DNA of 64,000 nt. Origin: Mobula hypostoma (Eukaryota). The stretch is taken from assembly GCF_963921235.1 (NCBI RefSeq), contig NC_086097.1, positions 148,554,001 through 148,618,000 on the forward strand. Direction: 5' to 3'. The position numbers were made by a program, and so were the translations under genes. Shown piece by piece: positions 49,029 through 61,854 of the stretch. The notes below the pieces were generated by a model that saw only the letters and a list, made by a program, of their open reading frames with translations, was not told the DNA's origin and made no database searches. The number at the start of each line of letters is the position of its first letter. Position 1 is the first letter of the stretch.

Positions 49029-49991
49029 ATATAGATAGTGCATGATAACAGTGAACTGCTGCCATTTCAGTACTGTCCTCCAGACGAAGTAGAGTGCATG
49101 CAAGCCTGTGTTATACCTAAGGTAATGGATGCATGCACACACAATGACATTATGTCCATGCTGTAAACACCTCCAAAAACTGGAAAATTAAAACTCCTGA
49201 ACGGATGCCCAATTAGCCACTGATCAAAATCTGTTTTTCAATAAATTTGAAAACATAAAACATAAAAATCTAGATTTCACAGCTTTCACTTTATTGCTCT
49301 GATTGCAGTTTTTGTGTGAATTTTTCCAATAGTTGTGGAAAATGAGTGATATCCACCCTATTGTAGAACATACTTGTGACCCCTGCTACTTGCAGAATAT
49401 TTTACACACTTACCACCTAGTACAAGAGATTTCATTATAAATTTTACTGATTTAATTGTCCCAGCATGTTACTTTAATTTATTATTTATTGAGTTTTTTT
49501 TTGTGAATCTTCCAATCTCTTTTAACTTAATGTAATTACCACAGAATATCACATTGCCTTTTGGACTAGAGGCACAGTTGTAAATTTAATTTGAATTCAT
49601 TAACAAATATACTATGTCTGCACAGAGGGAATGAAATCCACTATTGTTATAATCGCCCAAATGGATGTAAAGAAAATACCCCAATATTGATAAAGGTATC
49701 TATGGCCCCTAAGGTAAGATAGAAATCCACAATGGAAACTCTTGGATATGAACCAGTTGCATTACTAAAGGTTTCTCACATTTTGAGGAGAATAATCACT
49801 CCCTCCAAAATACAGGGTAACTTCATGCCCCAAGGTGCATACTGAATTTATGTTAAAAGGTAAAGATCTGAGAGGGAGCAGTAGGCTAACAAGTTGTTAT
49901 ATACACAGGCACTCAAACATGAATCCAAACAGAGTAAAGCACAATCATTTGTCAGAAACAAAGCAGCACCAGATGTGCCGTGTACCAGGTA

Positions 49992-50340
49992 TGTGTACAA
50001 GATATTAAGAGGCATAGATTGAGTGGATAGCCAGATACTTTCTTCCCCAGAGTGGAAATGACTAATATCAGGGGGCATAATTAACAGGTGATTGGAAGAA
50101 GGTATAGGGTGGATGTCAGAGACACATTTTTTACACAGAGAATGGTGAGCGCATGGAATGCCCTGCCCAAGGGTGTTGGTAAAAGCAGATACACTAGGGG
50201 CATTTAAGAAACAGATGAAAGAAAAATTGGAGGGGTATGTGAAGGGGAAGGGTTAGTTTGATCTTAGAGTAGGTTGAAAGGTTGTCACAATATTGTGGGC
50301 AGAAGGACCCGTACTGTGCCTTAGTGCTCTATGTTCTATC
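49992..50340 (+). mobile_element. CR1 3' fragment
   Basis: YKILRGID, FFTQRMV..W region, 3'UTR and ctctatgttctat tail. Confidence 0.85.
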
Positions 50341-50349
50341 TTCTCTGAG

Positions 50350-50805
50350 AATTGTCACCCTGTCATGGTGGAGGGCCTTATGGGTTCTGGAGATCAGAGA
50401 GCGATGCTGTCTGCAGCTTAGCTCCCGGTAGGATCACCCATGGCGGAGAGGTCAAGGCGAAGGTTACAGTCAAAGAGCAGTCCAAACACCTGACAGAGAT
50501 GATAACCCATCCCAACAGCAGTAAATGCAGAGGAAGACTGCAGCAATGCAGGGTCCCCAGTCGTCCTGCTTTCTACGCCACTGGATCGTGACCCCGATCT
50601 CTCTAGGACCATGTGGTGGCTGCTCGTACATCAGCCTCCCCACATTAAGCAAAGTCATGCACAGGCATTCTCTGCTAAGTGAATAACACCTTGGGAGAAT
50701 ATCATACTCGACTCGAGTGATTGCACTCCTACCAGTATGTTCTATACCATTTGAATAGATGTTGCTGCAGACTGTATAAAAGGCCAGCCCTGCATACTGC
50801 AGCAA
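50350..50805 (+). mobile_element. RTE-derived non-autonomous element (RTE/BovB-like 5' region)
   Basis: accctgtcatggtggagggcct...ggatcacccatggcggagaggtc resembles RTE 5'UTRs from memory. No ORF; ends at a CA-rich run. Confidence 0.5.
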
Positions 50806-50898
50806 CACACACACACACAATGTTGGAGGAACTCAGCAAGTCAGGCAGCATCTATGCAGAGAAACAGACGGCTAACATTACAAGCTGAGACCCGTCAT
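50801..50898 (-). mobile_element. Penelope-like terminal fragment
   Basis: gcaacacac...tgttggaggaactcagcaagtcaggcagcatctatg. Confidence 0.65.
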
Positions 50899-51396
50899 GT
50901 AGTGTGGTCAGTGCTGCAGCTCTATCAATCAGTTGCCACGACTACAAACGTAATTGATCTCTCACCTGTGGGCTATAGTTTGTACTATCTTTTCACAGAG
51001 GTGTTCACAGGTCTTAAGATGGAGTTTTCAGTCATCTTATTGAACAACTGAAATCCATGTGGTGAAACTAGTTGCTGCTTGCAGGGAATCCCATTAATTT
51101 ACCTAGTGATGATGACACATCGCTGTGTATTTCCAAGTGTGATTTGGAGAGGAACGTGGAAGCCATAGTACTCCCAGACAACTTTACAACTTTGACGTGG
51201 AGGACCAGTGTCTTTAATCCGGGGAACTCTTTTAAGGAAACTATGGTGAATTACTCTAGGACATCTTATTGATACTTCAGAGTGCAGTTATTTAAGGATT
51301 CAGGTGGAGATGAGATTAACATCAAGATTCTTGAATGTTGTTAGAGCTTTTCTCAGTAAAGAAATTGAAGAGTATTTTATGGAGACATGAGAAATT

Positions 51397-51497
51397 AAGT
51401 CTTGATGAAGGATCCCGACCCAAAATGTCAACTGCCCATTTCCCTTCATAAATGCTGCCTGACCTGTTGAGTTCCTCCAGCTCCTTTCTTTGTTGCT
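51397..51497 (+). mobile_element. Penelope-like terminal fragment with decayed hammerhead
   Basis: agtc-ttgatga-aggatcccgaccc-aaaat-gtc-aactg...gctgcctgacctgttgagttcctccagc. Confidence 0.65.
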
Positions 51498-51732
51498 TAA
51501 GAGTATTTTTATCATGCTTCTGAGATACCTTATAGTTGCAAAAGAGGGTTGGGAATCAGTCACTTAACCCCAAACCTGAGGAGCCATGGTAGTCATGCCA
51601 TGAGTTCAGATCAATGGGAGACCAAAATAGCTAGATAAATTACCTTCCATCTCACTGGGACCTATAACAATACTTGCCACTTTTCATCCTAGGTGTGGAT
51701 GCTGCTAAGGAAGGCTTTATGCAATCATCAGG

Positions 51733-52208
51733 AATTGAATTGAATTGAATCGAATGATCTTTATTGTCATTATACATAGGTACAATGAAACTCTGTATGG
51801 CTTCCTCTCAGGCAATTAAATAAAGCGATAGATAAAAACAAGACAGTAATAGAAAAACAGTATTAAATAGATAAGTAGCAGCAAATAAGTTGCAACAGCA
51901 CCAGAATATCACAGTAATGCACAAAGTGCCGTCAGTGCAAGTATTTGAGTCCTTGTGTCTGCATGTGTGTGCTCACAGTTTCAGTCATTGTTCTGTGGGG
52001 GTGGTGTGATGGAGGCCACAGCTCTGGCATAGAAACTGTTCCTCAGTCTATTTGTTCTGGCTTTTAGTGTCCTGAACCTTGCGCTGGACGGCAGTGGGTC
52101 AAACAGGGAGTGGCCGGGGTGTGTGGTGTCTCTGGTTATGCTGATTGCTCTCCTCCTGAGTCTGCTGGAATAGATGGTGTCCAGTCCTGGGAGCTCCATC
52201 CTGACAAT
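51733..52208 (-). mobile_element. Rex1/Babar LINE 3' fragment with (ATTCA)n tail
   Basis: ORF 51981..52199 (DTTHPGHSLFDPLPSSARFRTLKARTNRLRNSFY), then ACAATAAA and ATTCAATTCAATTC. Confidence 0.9.
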
Positions 52209-53025
52209 TTGCTGTATTGTCAGTTGTCACATTGTATGAATGGCGATGTGAAGCTGGTGAAACTACTCAAGGTATGCTTGCAGCAATGCCCCTGCATTGA
52301 GAGGATTAATCTTCAACAACTACAGCCTTCATTCTGCATGTTTTCAGTCAGTGGAAATTATTTTCCCCGATTCATATTGAATTCCATTTTCCAAAATGCT
52401 CCAAATGGTTATCTTTACTATGAAATTAATCTGCTTTTTCCATGTTTTAACAATTACTGTGATTAGATATGGAACAAAATGGTGACTTGGGGACATTAGT
52501 CTGTATCAGTGACCATATTATTGGCAAACATTCCTTAATTGATAAGAAGGTTTTACGTTCAACATCAGCATTTTAGGGCACTTTTCTCTCTGCCCTAATT
52601 CTCACCATTCTCTTCCTCTTCCTCTTAGCCACCATAGCCACACCCGTAACATACAGCACAAACCTAACCAAAATCATGAACAAGGAACAGCTTGTAACCT
52701 CATGGGTCGAGTCAACTATTGTCTTCAAAATGCCAAAACACTAGTTCCTTTTAGCTACTATTGAAAATAGTTAATAGAATTCACCTCTGACAGTAGTTTC
52801 TAAGTTTCTGAGCCTGAACATACAAAAGGTATTCCTAAGAGACATTGCAGTATTGCATTTTGTGTGAATCTCTGAGAAATTTTGAAATCAACAGCCTTGT
52901 TATTTTCCTTTCATTTCTTTCAGTACCTCACAGAGTAAGCATTTTTTATTCAAGGATTCTACTTATTTGTTCTTGCTGTTCTCCTTATCCCAAATATTCA
53001 TTCCCACCCATGTCTAGTTTGTACT

Positions 53026-53840
53026 TTCAAAGGTACATTTAATGTCAGAGAAATGTATTCAATATACATCCTGAAGTGTTTTTTCTTCACAACCATCCAC
53101 GAAAACAGAGGAGTGCACCAAAGAATGAATGACAGTTAAATGTTAGAACCCCAAAGTCCCCCCACCAGCTCCCCCTCCCTCCCACTCGTAAGTGGCAGCA
53201 AACAACGACACCCCCTTCCCACCACCGGCAAAAAAAATGTATCAGCACCCGCCACCGAGCACTCAGGCATGAGCAAAGCAACAGCAAAGACACAGGCTTG
53301 CAGTACTCCAAAGACTACTCGTTCACCTGGCATTCGACGTACCACAGGTTCTCTCTCTCTCTCTATGATAAGGCAGAAAGATATGTCTCCTTTTCACAGC
53401 GAGAGGAGAGACATAAAAAACAACTCACTGGTTTACAATGTTAAAAGTCCGTTGTGTCGCTTTTTCCGAGCTCTGTGCCCAAAGATCTCGGGACTCTGGG
53501 CACACAGCCTTAGATTTCCCATCTCCCATGACACACCGATTTCCTGCCCGGACACCGACCTTTGATCCACCCATCTCCAGCGTTACGAGATCTTGGACCT
53601 CTGAAGGCGAATTGAGCTCTTGGGCCCAGCGTGCTGAATAATGGACAGGTGTGAAACCCCCAAGAGCGGGTCCTATTCCCGCAAAGAACGTAGTCAGCGT
53701 GTAAGTCCAGGCCAGGGTCTTCAAAAGAACCCTGAGAGGGAAAAATAGAAGATATTAAAGATGGAAATAGAGCTGTTTCCGAAGATGCAGGCAAAGGAGT
53801 CGCCGTTAGGCGACATTAATCTTCCTAAACACCTCCTCAC
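53026..53840 (-). mobile_element. Non-coding retroposon-like element (about 815 bp), copy 2
   Basis: Reverse complement is collinear with 41275-42093 from head (TTAATGTCGCCTAACGGCGACTCC) to tail (ACATTAAATGTACCTTTGAA). Confidence 0.85.
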
Positions 53841-54714
53841 TTGTGAAGGAAGTAAGCGACCACCAATCTGGAGGACTAATACAATATTGTGCATTGCTAG
53901 GCGATTCTTTAAAACATGCAAAGATGACTTCTTAGCCATAGAGAGCACACCAGTTGCTTATTTATTAGGATTCTATTGCACCACTATTAACATGCGGTCA
54001 AACAGCCAATGAATAAATGTTCCCTGTGGGACCTGAAACCCAAATAAGCCTTCTTTTTTTTTCTCCTTTTTATATGCATCATTAGAAATCTTTGCAAACA
54101 TATGTAAACATTTAAGTTAAACAAAACCAAAGTTAAAAGTAAATGTTATGAATAATTAATCTCGGTTGTTCTCGCCATTACTATTTTCAATTTTGCTGTT
54201 CATAATGATGTCTTATCTAAGAGTTCCATGTTAGTATGTAACACAAAAGAAATTGATTGAATTAAATCCATCAGCATCTCTATGGCACTGACAACTCAAA
54301 AGCAGAGGGGATTGATAGCAGAAATGGATGGACTGAGAACTCTCTAAAGGATTTTGTAACCCCTAGCTTCATACCCTGACCAAATATGAGAATTCTGTAA
54401 TAAATATGCCTCATGTTATATTGATTGTGTATCCTACTATGGATTATAGAACTTGACCAATTGCTCTGTGTATACAGTACATTACAACAATATTTAGGGG
54501 GAAAGTCCATCTTTCTATATGTAGGTGTTCTGCATATCTGTGAGTCAAAGGCCTACAATAATGAAATAATACACAACTCTTTGTAAGAACCTTGTTAGTT
54601 TAACCTACCTGATATCTTAAAGTATCTTAGAGACCATTACTGGAGCATTGTGTTAGAAGCACAGCAGAACACAGGAACCAACTCCACATTTGTTTCTATA
54701 CTTTTCACTGGCTC

Positions 54715-54945
54715 AGTAAAGCAGTCAGCAAAATCAAAGACCCACCCACCCTGGATATCCTGTCTTCTCCCCTCTCCCATAGGGCTTTTGTATTTTCTGC
54801 ACTAGGCTCAAGGACAGCTTCCGTCCTGCTGTTATAAGACTGTGGACTTGTCCTCCAGAATGATAAGATGGACTCCAGACATCACAATCTACCTCATTGT
54901 GGATTGCACCTCACTGTCTGCCAGCTTTGCTCTTTCTCTGTAACT
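54715..54945 (+). mobile_element. Rex1/Babar-like 3' fragment
   Basis: IKDPPTLD../TRLKDSFRPAVIRL remnant. Confidence 0.6.
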
Positions 54946-55179
54946 GGCCAGGTAATCCAGAACTGATAAAAAATAAAGTCATTGTTTTAGTTCATTGGCC
55001 ATAAGGGCAGAGAATTATACCTTCCCACTAACCTAGAGAATACATTAGATGTATTAAAAGCAAACTGCAACCTGCCTAAAAATAAAACAATCAACTGTAG
55101 TTGGACCATTACTAGCAATTAGTCCGGAAGAATCCTTTGAGCTAGGATTGTTAGTGGATAAGAGTAGTTTTGGAGATTT

Positions 55180-56110
55180 AGACCACAAGACCATAAGATA
55201 TGGGAGCAGAATTAGGCCATTTGGCCCAATTTTCTCCTCAGCTATAATCTCCTGACTTCTCCCCGTATCCCTTCGTGCCCTGACCAATCAAGAATCTATT
55301 AACCTCTGCCTTAAATTTACATAAAGAATTGGCCTCCACAGCCGCCTATGGCAAAGAATTCCACATATTCACCACTCTCTGGCTAAAGAAATTCCACTTA
55401 AACTCCATTCTAAAATGACACCCACACCCTTCTATTCTGATGCTGTGTCCTCTGGTCTTAGACTCTACCACTATAAGAAACCCTCTCTCCATCCACTCTA
55501 TCAAGGCCTTTCACCATTCGATAGGTTTCAATGAGGTCACCCCTCATTCTTCTGAATTCCAGTGTATACAGGCCCAGAGCCATCGAACACTCTTCATGTG
55601 ACAAGCATTCAATCCTGGAATCATTTTCATGAACCTCCTTTGAATCCTCTCCAGTTTCAGCACAACCTTTCTAAGATAGGGGCCCAATCCTGCTCACAAT
55701 ACTCCAAGTGAGGCCTCACTAGTGCTTTATAAAGTCTCAACATTACATCCTTGTTTTTATATCCTAGTGTTTTTGAAATGAATGCTAGCATTGCATTTGC
55801 CTTCCTCACCCCAATCTGCAAATTAACCTTTAGGGAATACTGCACAAGGACTCCCAAGTTGATATGTATTACAGTTTTCTGTATTTTCTCTCCATTTAGA
55901 TTTCTTTTCTTCTACCAAAGTGCATAACCATACACTTCCCGTATACTTACAGAAGTTCTTTTGTAGCGTCTCTACTTCTGCTTCATGTCATCTGCAAATT
56001 TTGCAACAAAGCCATCAATTCCATCATCCAAATCACTGACATATAATGTAAAAAGAATCAATCCCAACACAGAGCCTTATGGAATACCTATAGTCACCAG
56101 TAGCCAACCA
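55180..56110 (-). mobile_element. CR1 3' fragment
   Basis: [18 protein letters not shown] 55657..55857; agaccacaagaccataaga tail. Confidence 0.9.
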
Positions 56111-56619
56111 GTATTATACCACTTCCTACAACCTTCAGCCACAGCTTCCATCTTTGGAAATTTGTTATTTTCTTGGTATTCATATATAAACAAGTTGAAA
56201 CTGTTTAATGAAGAGCGTTATATGTGTATTGTACTGAGTGATTCTTGTGATTATTGCAGAATAAAATGTAAAATTTGACTGCAACATTGAAAAAACATCT
56301 TTAATGAGCGAGTTATCTCACTGAACTGAAATGAAATATAGTACTATGGATATGTCTTCTTAAGTTAAGAGTGAACCAACCCAATTTTGAAACAACAGTT
56401 GCACATTACAGCTGGTAAGCTATAAACTAATATACAAACACCACACTCACTTCATGTTAAAAGTAATAACAAGCAAGCAATGCAGGCTGGTGAACATATT
56501 CACATTAAGGACTTACACAGTATTAAGTCAGTGTATATCGCAAACCTTTTATATTCAGGAACCTATCAGTATATATGATAACATCATTAAGGCACTTTAT
56601 TCAGAATGTATTTTTTAAT

Positions 56620-56860
56620 TAATTCAGGAATGTGGGCATTGCATGTTGAGCCAGGATTTAATTGCCTATTCACAGTTGCTTTTCAGATGGTATTGGGGAA
56701 CTGCCATCTTACATTGCTATAGAACTTCAGGCATGGGTTCACCAATGCCTTGAGAGAGGAAGTACCAGTATTCTGACCCAGCAATGTGAAGGTGCAGTAA
56801 TACTCCTTCAAATTGGGATAGTGTTTTTCATGGCACGTTTTGCCATCTCTCCCAACTTTT
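56620..56860 (-). mobile_element. Old non-LTR 3' end, related to 1430-2430
   Basis: ggaatgtgggcattgc...ccaggatttaattgcctattc...gaactgccatctt. Confidence 0.45.
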
Positions 56861-57136
56861 CCCTTGCTTTCCATCTGTTCCACAAAGTATAGTCCATGAG
56901 TCTTTCTCAAATCTGCATGACTGACATAGTCAAATTCAAATTTACATCAAAACAAAAAATACTGTGAGGCTTCTTAACTGCCTATTTGTGCTAGTACTGC
57001 CAAGGGATCCCTGGATCATAGACTTCAGAGACATTTAGACAGACACATGAACCTGAAAGGAATGGAGAGTTATGGATCATGTGCAAGTAGAAGGAATTAG
57101 TTTCCTTTCCCATCATGGTCAGGACAGATCTTATGA

Positions 57137-60100
57137 GACCATAAGACGTAGGAGCAGAATAAGGCCATTCAGCCTACTGAGCCTGCTCCACCACTCCAAC
57201 ATGGCTGGTTTATTATTTCCCTCAATTTCATCCTCCTGCCTTCTCCCTGTACCCTTTAATTCCCAAGCTAACCAAGAACCTACCAACCTCGTCTTAATAT
57301 ACCCAATGAATCGGCCTACATCTCCATCCGTGGCAATGAATTCCAGAGATTCAGCACCCTCTGGCTAAAGAATTTTTTTCCTCATCTCTGTTCTCAATGT
57401 ACGTCCATCAGTTCGGAGGCTTTACATCCATTCTATTTAGGCCTTTCAGTAGTCGATAAGTTTCAGTGAGCTCCCCCTTCATTCTTCTAGACTCCAGCAA
57501 ATGCAGGCCCAGAGCCATAAAATGCTACTCATAGCTTAACCCTTCCTTTCCTGGGATCATTGACGTGAACATTCCCTGGACTCTCTTCAATGCTTGCTCA
57601 TCTTGTCTTACATTGTTGTTGTTCCTCTCTGTGCCTTGTGGCACAGTGGGCGACAGGGGTACCATTTCTTTAGCATTTGTCTGCTTGTTACGAGGCCGAG
57701 TTGCTAGCTCAGCACTCAAGCCAGTACAGTTGGAAAGCGTGCAAGAAGCTGTCCGAATTCGAACCTGGGACCACTCGCCTCGAAGTCCGGTGTGGATGCC
57801 ACTACACCACTGGCCGGCATTTCTTAGATAAGAGACACAAAACTGCTCACAATACACCAAGTGCAACCTAACCAATGCCTTAAAAAGCCTCAGCATTATA
57901 CACTTGCTTTTGTATCCTAGTCCTCTTGAAATGAATGCTATTATTGCATTTGCTTCTTTACCTCTGACTCCACGTGCAAGTTAACCTTTGGGGAATCCTA
58001 CACGAGGTCTCCCAAGTCCCTTTGCACCTCTGGTTTTTGAATTTTCTTGACATTTAGAAAATAATCCATGCCTTTATTCCTTCTGCCAAAGTGTATGTTC
58101 ATGCACTTCCCTACACTATATTCCATCTGCCCCTTTTTTGCCCATTACCCCAATTAGTCGAAATCCTTCTATAGACACCCAGCTTCCTCAACACCTCCTG
58201 CCCCTCCATTTATCTTTATATTGTCCACAAACTTGGCCACAAAATCCATCAATTCCTTCATCCAAATCATTGACAAATAATGTGAAAAGAAGTGATCCCA
58301 ACTCTGGCCCCAGCAGAACACCACTAGCTCAGCCAACCAGAAAAGGTCCTCTTTATTCCCAATCTTTGCCTCCTGCAAGTCAGCCAATCTTCTATCCATG
58401 CTAGCACCTTTCCTATAATGGCATTGGCCCTTATCTTGTTAAGCCACCTCATGTGCGGCACCTTGTCAAAGACCTTCTGAAAATCCAAATAAGCAACATC
58501 CACTGACTCAAGATTTTGCCTTTAGAAAACCATGCTGATTTTGGTCTATTTTATCTTGTGCCTCTAAGTATTGTGAAAACTCATCCAACTACCTCTTTCA
58601 GAACCATGGGTGTATTCTATCCGGTCCAGCTGACTTATCTACCTTCAGACCTTTCAACTTCCCAAGCACCTTCTCCTTAGTAATAGCCACGATACAGTTC
58701 TGCCCTCTGGCACTCTTGCATTTTTGGTATTTTGTTAGTGTCTTCCACGGTGAAGACTGACCCAAAATACTTCTACAGTTCATCTGCCATTTCTTTATCC
58801 CCCATTACTACCTCTCCAGCATCATTCTCAAGCAGTCCAATATCCACTCTGCTCTCTCTTTTACTCTTAATATACTTGAAAAAACTTTATGTATCCTCTT
58901 TTATGTTATTGGCTACCTTACCTTCATATTTAATCTTTTCTCTCTTTATGGCTTTTTTAGTTGCCTTCTGTTGGTTTTAAAAAGCTTCACAATCCTCTAC
59001 CTTACTACTAAATTTTGCGATATTACATGCCCCTTCTTCAGCATTTATGCTGCCTTTGAGTTCCTTTGTCAGCTACAGGTGGTTTATCCTCCTTTTCGAA
59101 TACTTCATCATCTTTGAGAGGTACCTTTCCTGGGCCTTCTGAATTTCCCCTAGAAACACCAGCCATTGTTGTTCTGCCATCATTACTGCTCATGTCCCAT
59201 TCCAGATATCTTTGGCCAGCTCCTTTCTCATGCCTCTGTAATTCCCTTTGCTCCACTGCAATGGTAATACATCTGATTTTAGCTTCTCCTTCTCAAACTC
59301 CGGGGTGAATTCTATCATATTATAATCACTGTTTCCTAAGGGATCCTTTATCATAAGCTCCCTTATCAGATCTGGGTCATTACATAACACCCAATCCAGA
59401 ATTGCTGTTCCCCTGGTGGGCTCAGCCACAAGCTGCTCTAAAAAGCCATCTTGCAGGCACTGCACAAATCCCCTCTCTTTGGATCCAGCACCAACCTGAT
59501 TTTCCCAATCTACATGCATATTGAAATCCCCCGTGATTATCGCAACATTGCCCTTTTTACATGCCTTTTGGATCTTCTGTTGGAATTTGTAGCCTACATC
59601 CTGACTTCTGTTCAGAGGCCTGTAAATAATTCCCATCAGCATCTTTTTACCATTGCAGTTTCTTAACTCTACCCACCAGGATTCTACATTTTCCAATCCT
59701 ATCCCACCTCTTTCTAAAGATTTGATTTTATTTTTCAACAACAGAGCCTCCAACTCTCTCTGCCTACCTGTCTATCCTTTTGATACAATGTATATCCTTG
59801 GATGTTAGGATCCCTACTATGATCTTATTTCAGCCATGACTCAGAGATGCCCACAATATCATACTGCCAATCTCTATCTGTGCTACAAGATCATCTCCCT
59901 TATTCTATATACTGCGTTCATTCAAGTATAACACCTGCAGTCCTGTATTCATCACCCTTTTTGATTTTTGCCCCCTGTTACTTCATAACTCCTCCCATTG
60001 ACTGCAATTGTGCCTTATCATCTGCCTTTCCTTCCTGACAGTCTCACTACACATGGCATCTACTTTTATCTCAACTGCCCCATCCTCAGCCTGATAACTC

Positions 60101-61170
60101 CAGTTCCCATCCCCCTTCCAAATTAGATTAAACCCTCCCCCAGTGCTGTAGCGAACCTGTCCACAAGGATCTCTGCATAACTCCCTACATTCTCTCTTCA
60201 GGACCTCCTCCTTTTTCCTACCTATGTTGTTGGTATCAGTATGTACCACAATTTCTGACTGTTCACCCTCCCCTTTCAGAATGCCGTGGACCCCATTTGA
60301 ATCATCTCTGACCCTGGCATCTGAGAGGCAATTTAACATCCGGGTATCTCTTTCAGGTCCACGGAGTTTGCTTCCTGCTCCTCCAATTATGGAATCTCCC
60401 ATCACTACTGCACTCCTTTTCTCCCCATTTCTTTGCAGTGCCAGAGATCCAGTCGCTGCAACTTCCCCCTGGTAGGTTGTCACCCCCAATAGCATCAAAA
60501 GCAGTAGACTTATCATTGAAGGGAACAGCCACAGCAGGACTCTGCACAGGCTGCTTATTCCCTTTTCCTTTCCTGATTGTCACCACGTTACCTGCCTTTT
60601 GCAACTTCAAGATGACTACCTTCCTGTAACTCCTATCTATCACCTCCTCATTCCTCCATATAAGCTGAAGATTATCGAGCTGCAGCTCCAGTTCCTTAAT
60701 GTGGTCCCTAAAGAGTTGCAGCATGATGTACTTGGTGCAGATGTAGTTATCAGGAAGACAGGCAGTCTCCCTGAGTTGCTACATCTCACACAAGGAACAT
60801 ACAACCTACACTGGACCCATTCACAGTGCAATAGCTATGTACTAACAGAGAAAAATCTTACTAGGAACATAATTATAAACTCCGCCTGTGCTCGCCCAAG
60901 CATATTGAGCTAACGCCAAACCACTCTAACAGTGGTCCACTCCAATAATGACCAGTCTGCTTACATCTCCTTTATTTTTCTTGGCCCTGCACTGATTGCA
61001 GGCCACCGAAAAAGAGCTGAAAAGTACCCAAGCTCTTTTTAAACCTTGCTCTGTGTCACCAACAAACAGCCTCCCACATTGATTGCAGCCCACCGAAAAA
61101 GAGTCAAAAAGCTCTTTTTAACCTCGTGTTATGTCACTAATGAAAGACCTCTCACTCTCACACTGCTGAA
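57137..61170 (-). mobile_element. Near-full-length decayed CR1 (5'UTR with tandem units, ORF1 zipper + esterase, ORF2)
   Basis: ORF1 LQLFRDHIKELELQLDNL, VVMGDSII, VVHTDTN; ORF2 IIYRPLN, TGDFN, ILDWVLCN, SDYN; RT C-terminus; gaccataagac tail. Repeated 5'UTR unit at about 60990 and 61077. Confidence 0.92.
57613..57818 (-). mobile_element. tRNA-derived SINE with (CAA)n tail
   Basis: Reverse complement GCCGGCCAG-TGGTGTAGTGG (A box)...GGTTCGAATTC (B box)...GAGGAACAACAACAA. Inserted in CR1 RT. Confidence 0.88.
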
Positions 61171-61854
61171 AAAATTATGAGCCAAGGGCTCATTCCTGTG
61201 CTGTACTATTCAATGTTGCATCCCTACTAAATCTGTGCCCTCCAGGTGCAGATTAATTCTGTTCCTCAGACTTTTTTTTCTGTCAATAATATCTCTACCT
61301 TTGATGTTGGATCCAACAGCCAGTAATTAACTAGATTATTCCATCTCTGTTGTCCCTCTTGAATAAAGGTTTTACATTTGCTCTATCCAGTCATCAGGCA
61401 TCCTTTCTGTGACCTGAGAAGATTGCTGGTACCCTGTCAAGGTCTTCTTCCTTGCCTCCCATTTCAACCTTGGGTACAAGTCACCAGGTACTGAGGATTT
61501 ACCCACCTTTAAACTTATTAAAACATTAATACACCTTCATTTTTGATGGTAATTTGTTCTAGAATTCCGCTGTTCCCCCTCTGAATTTTCAATTACAACT
61601 TCCTTCTCCATAGTTCACACATTTAGTAAGTATTCTCTGGCTGCATATACATTGGTCTCTTACAGATCCAGCTCTTTTTCTGGTTACAACTGCCCTTAAT
61701 ATATTGACAAAATGCTTGCAGATTCTAGCATGCCAGAGCCACTTTATTCTCACTCTTTGCCCTCTTAATGTCAAGTATCCCTCCTCCACAATTTATATTC
61801 CTGTAGTACGCCACCTGTTTGCAATCCTGCATACTATGCTAATATTTTTGCAGA

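Noticed and set aside
57745..57818. tRNA gene
   Set aside because: A and B boxes are the head of a SINE with body, tail and a second copy; no full cloverleaf or terminator.
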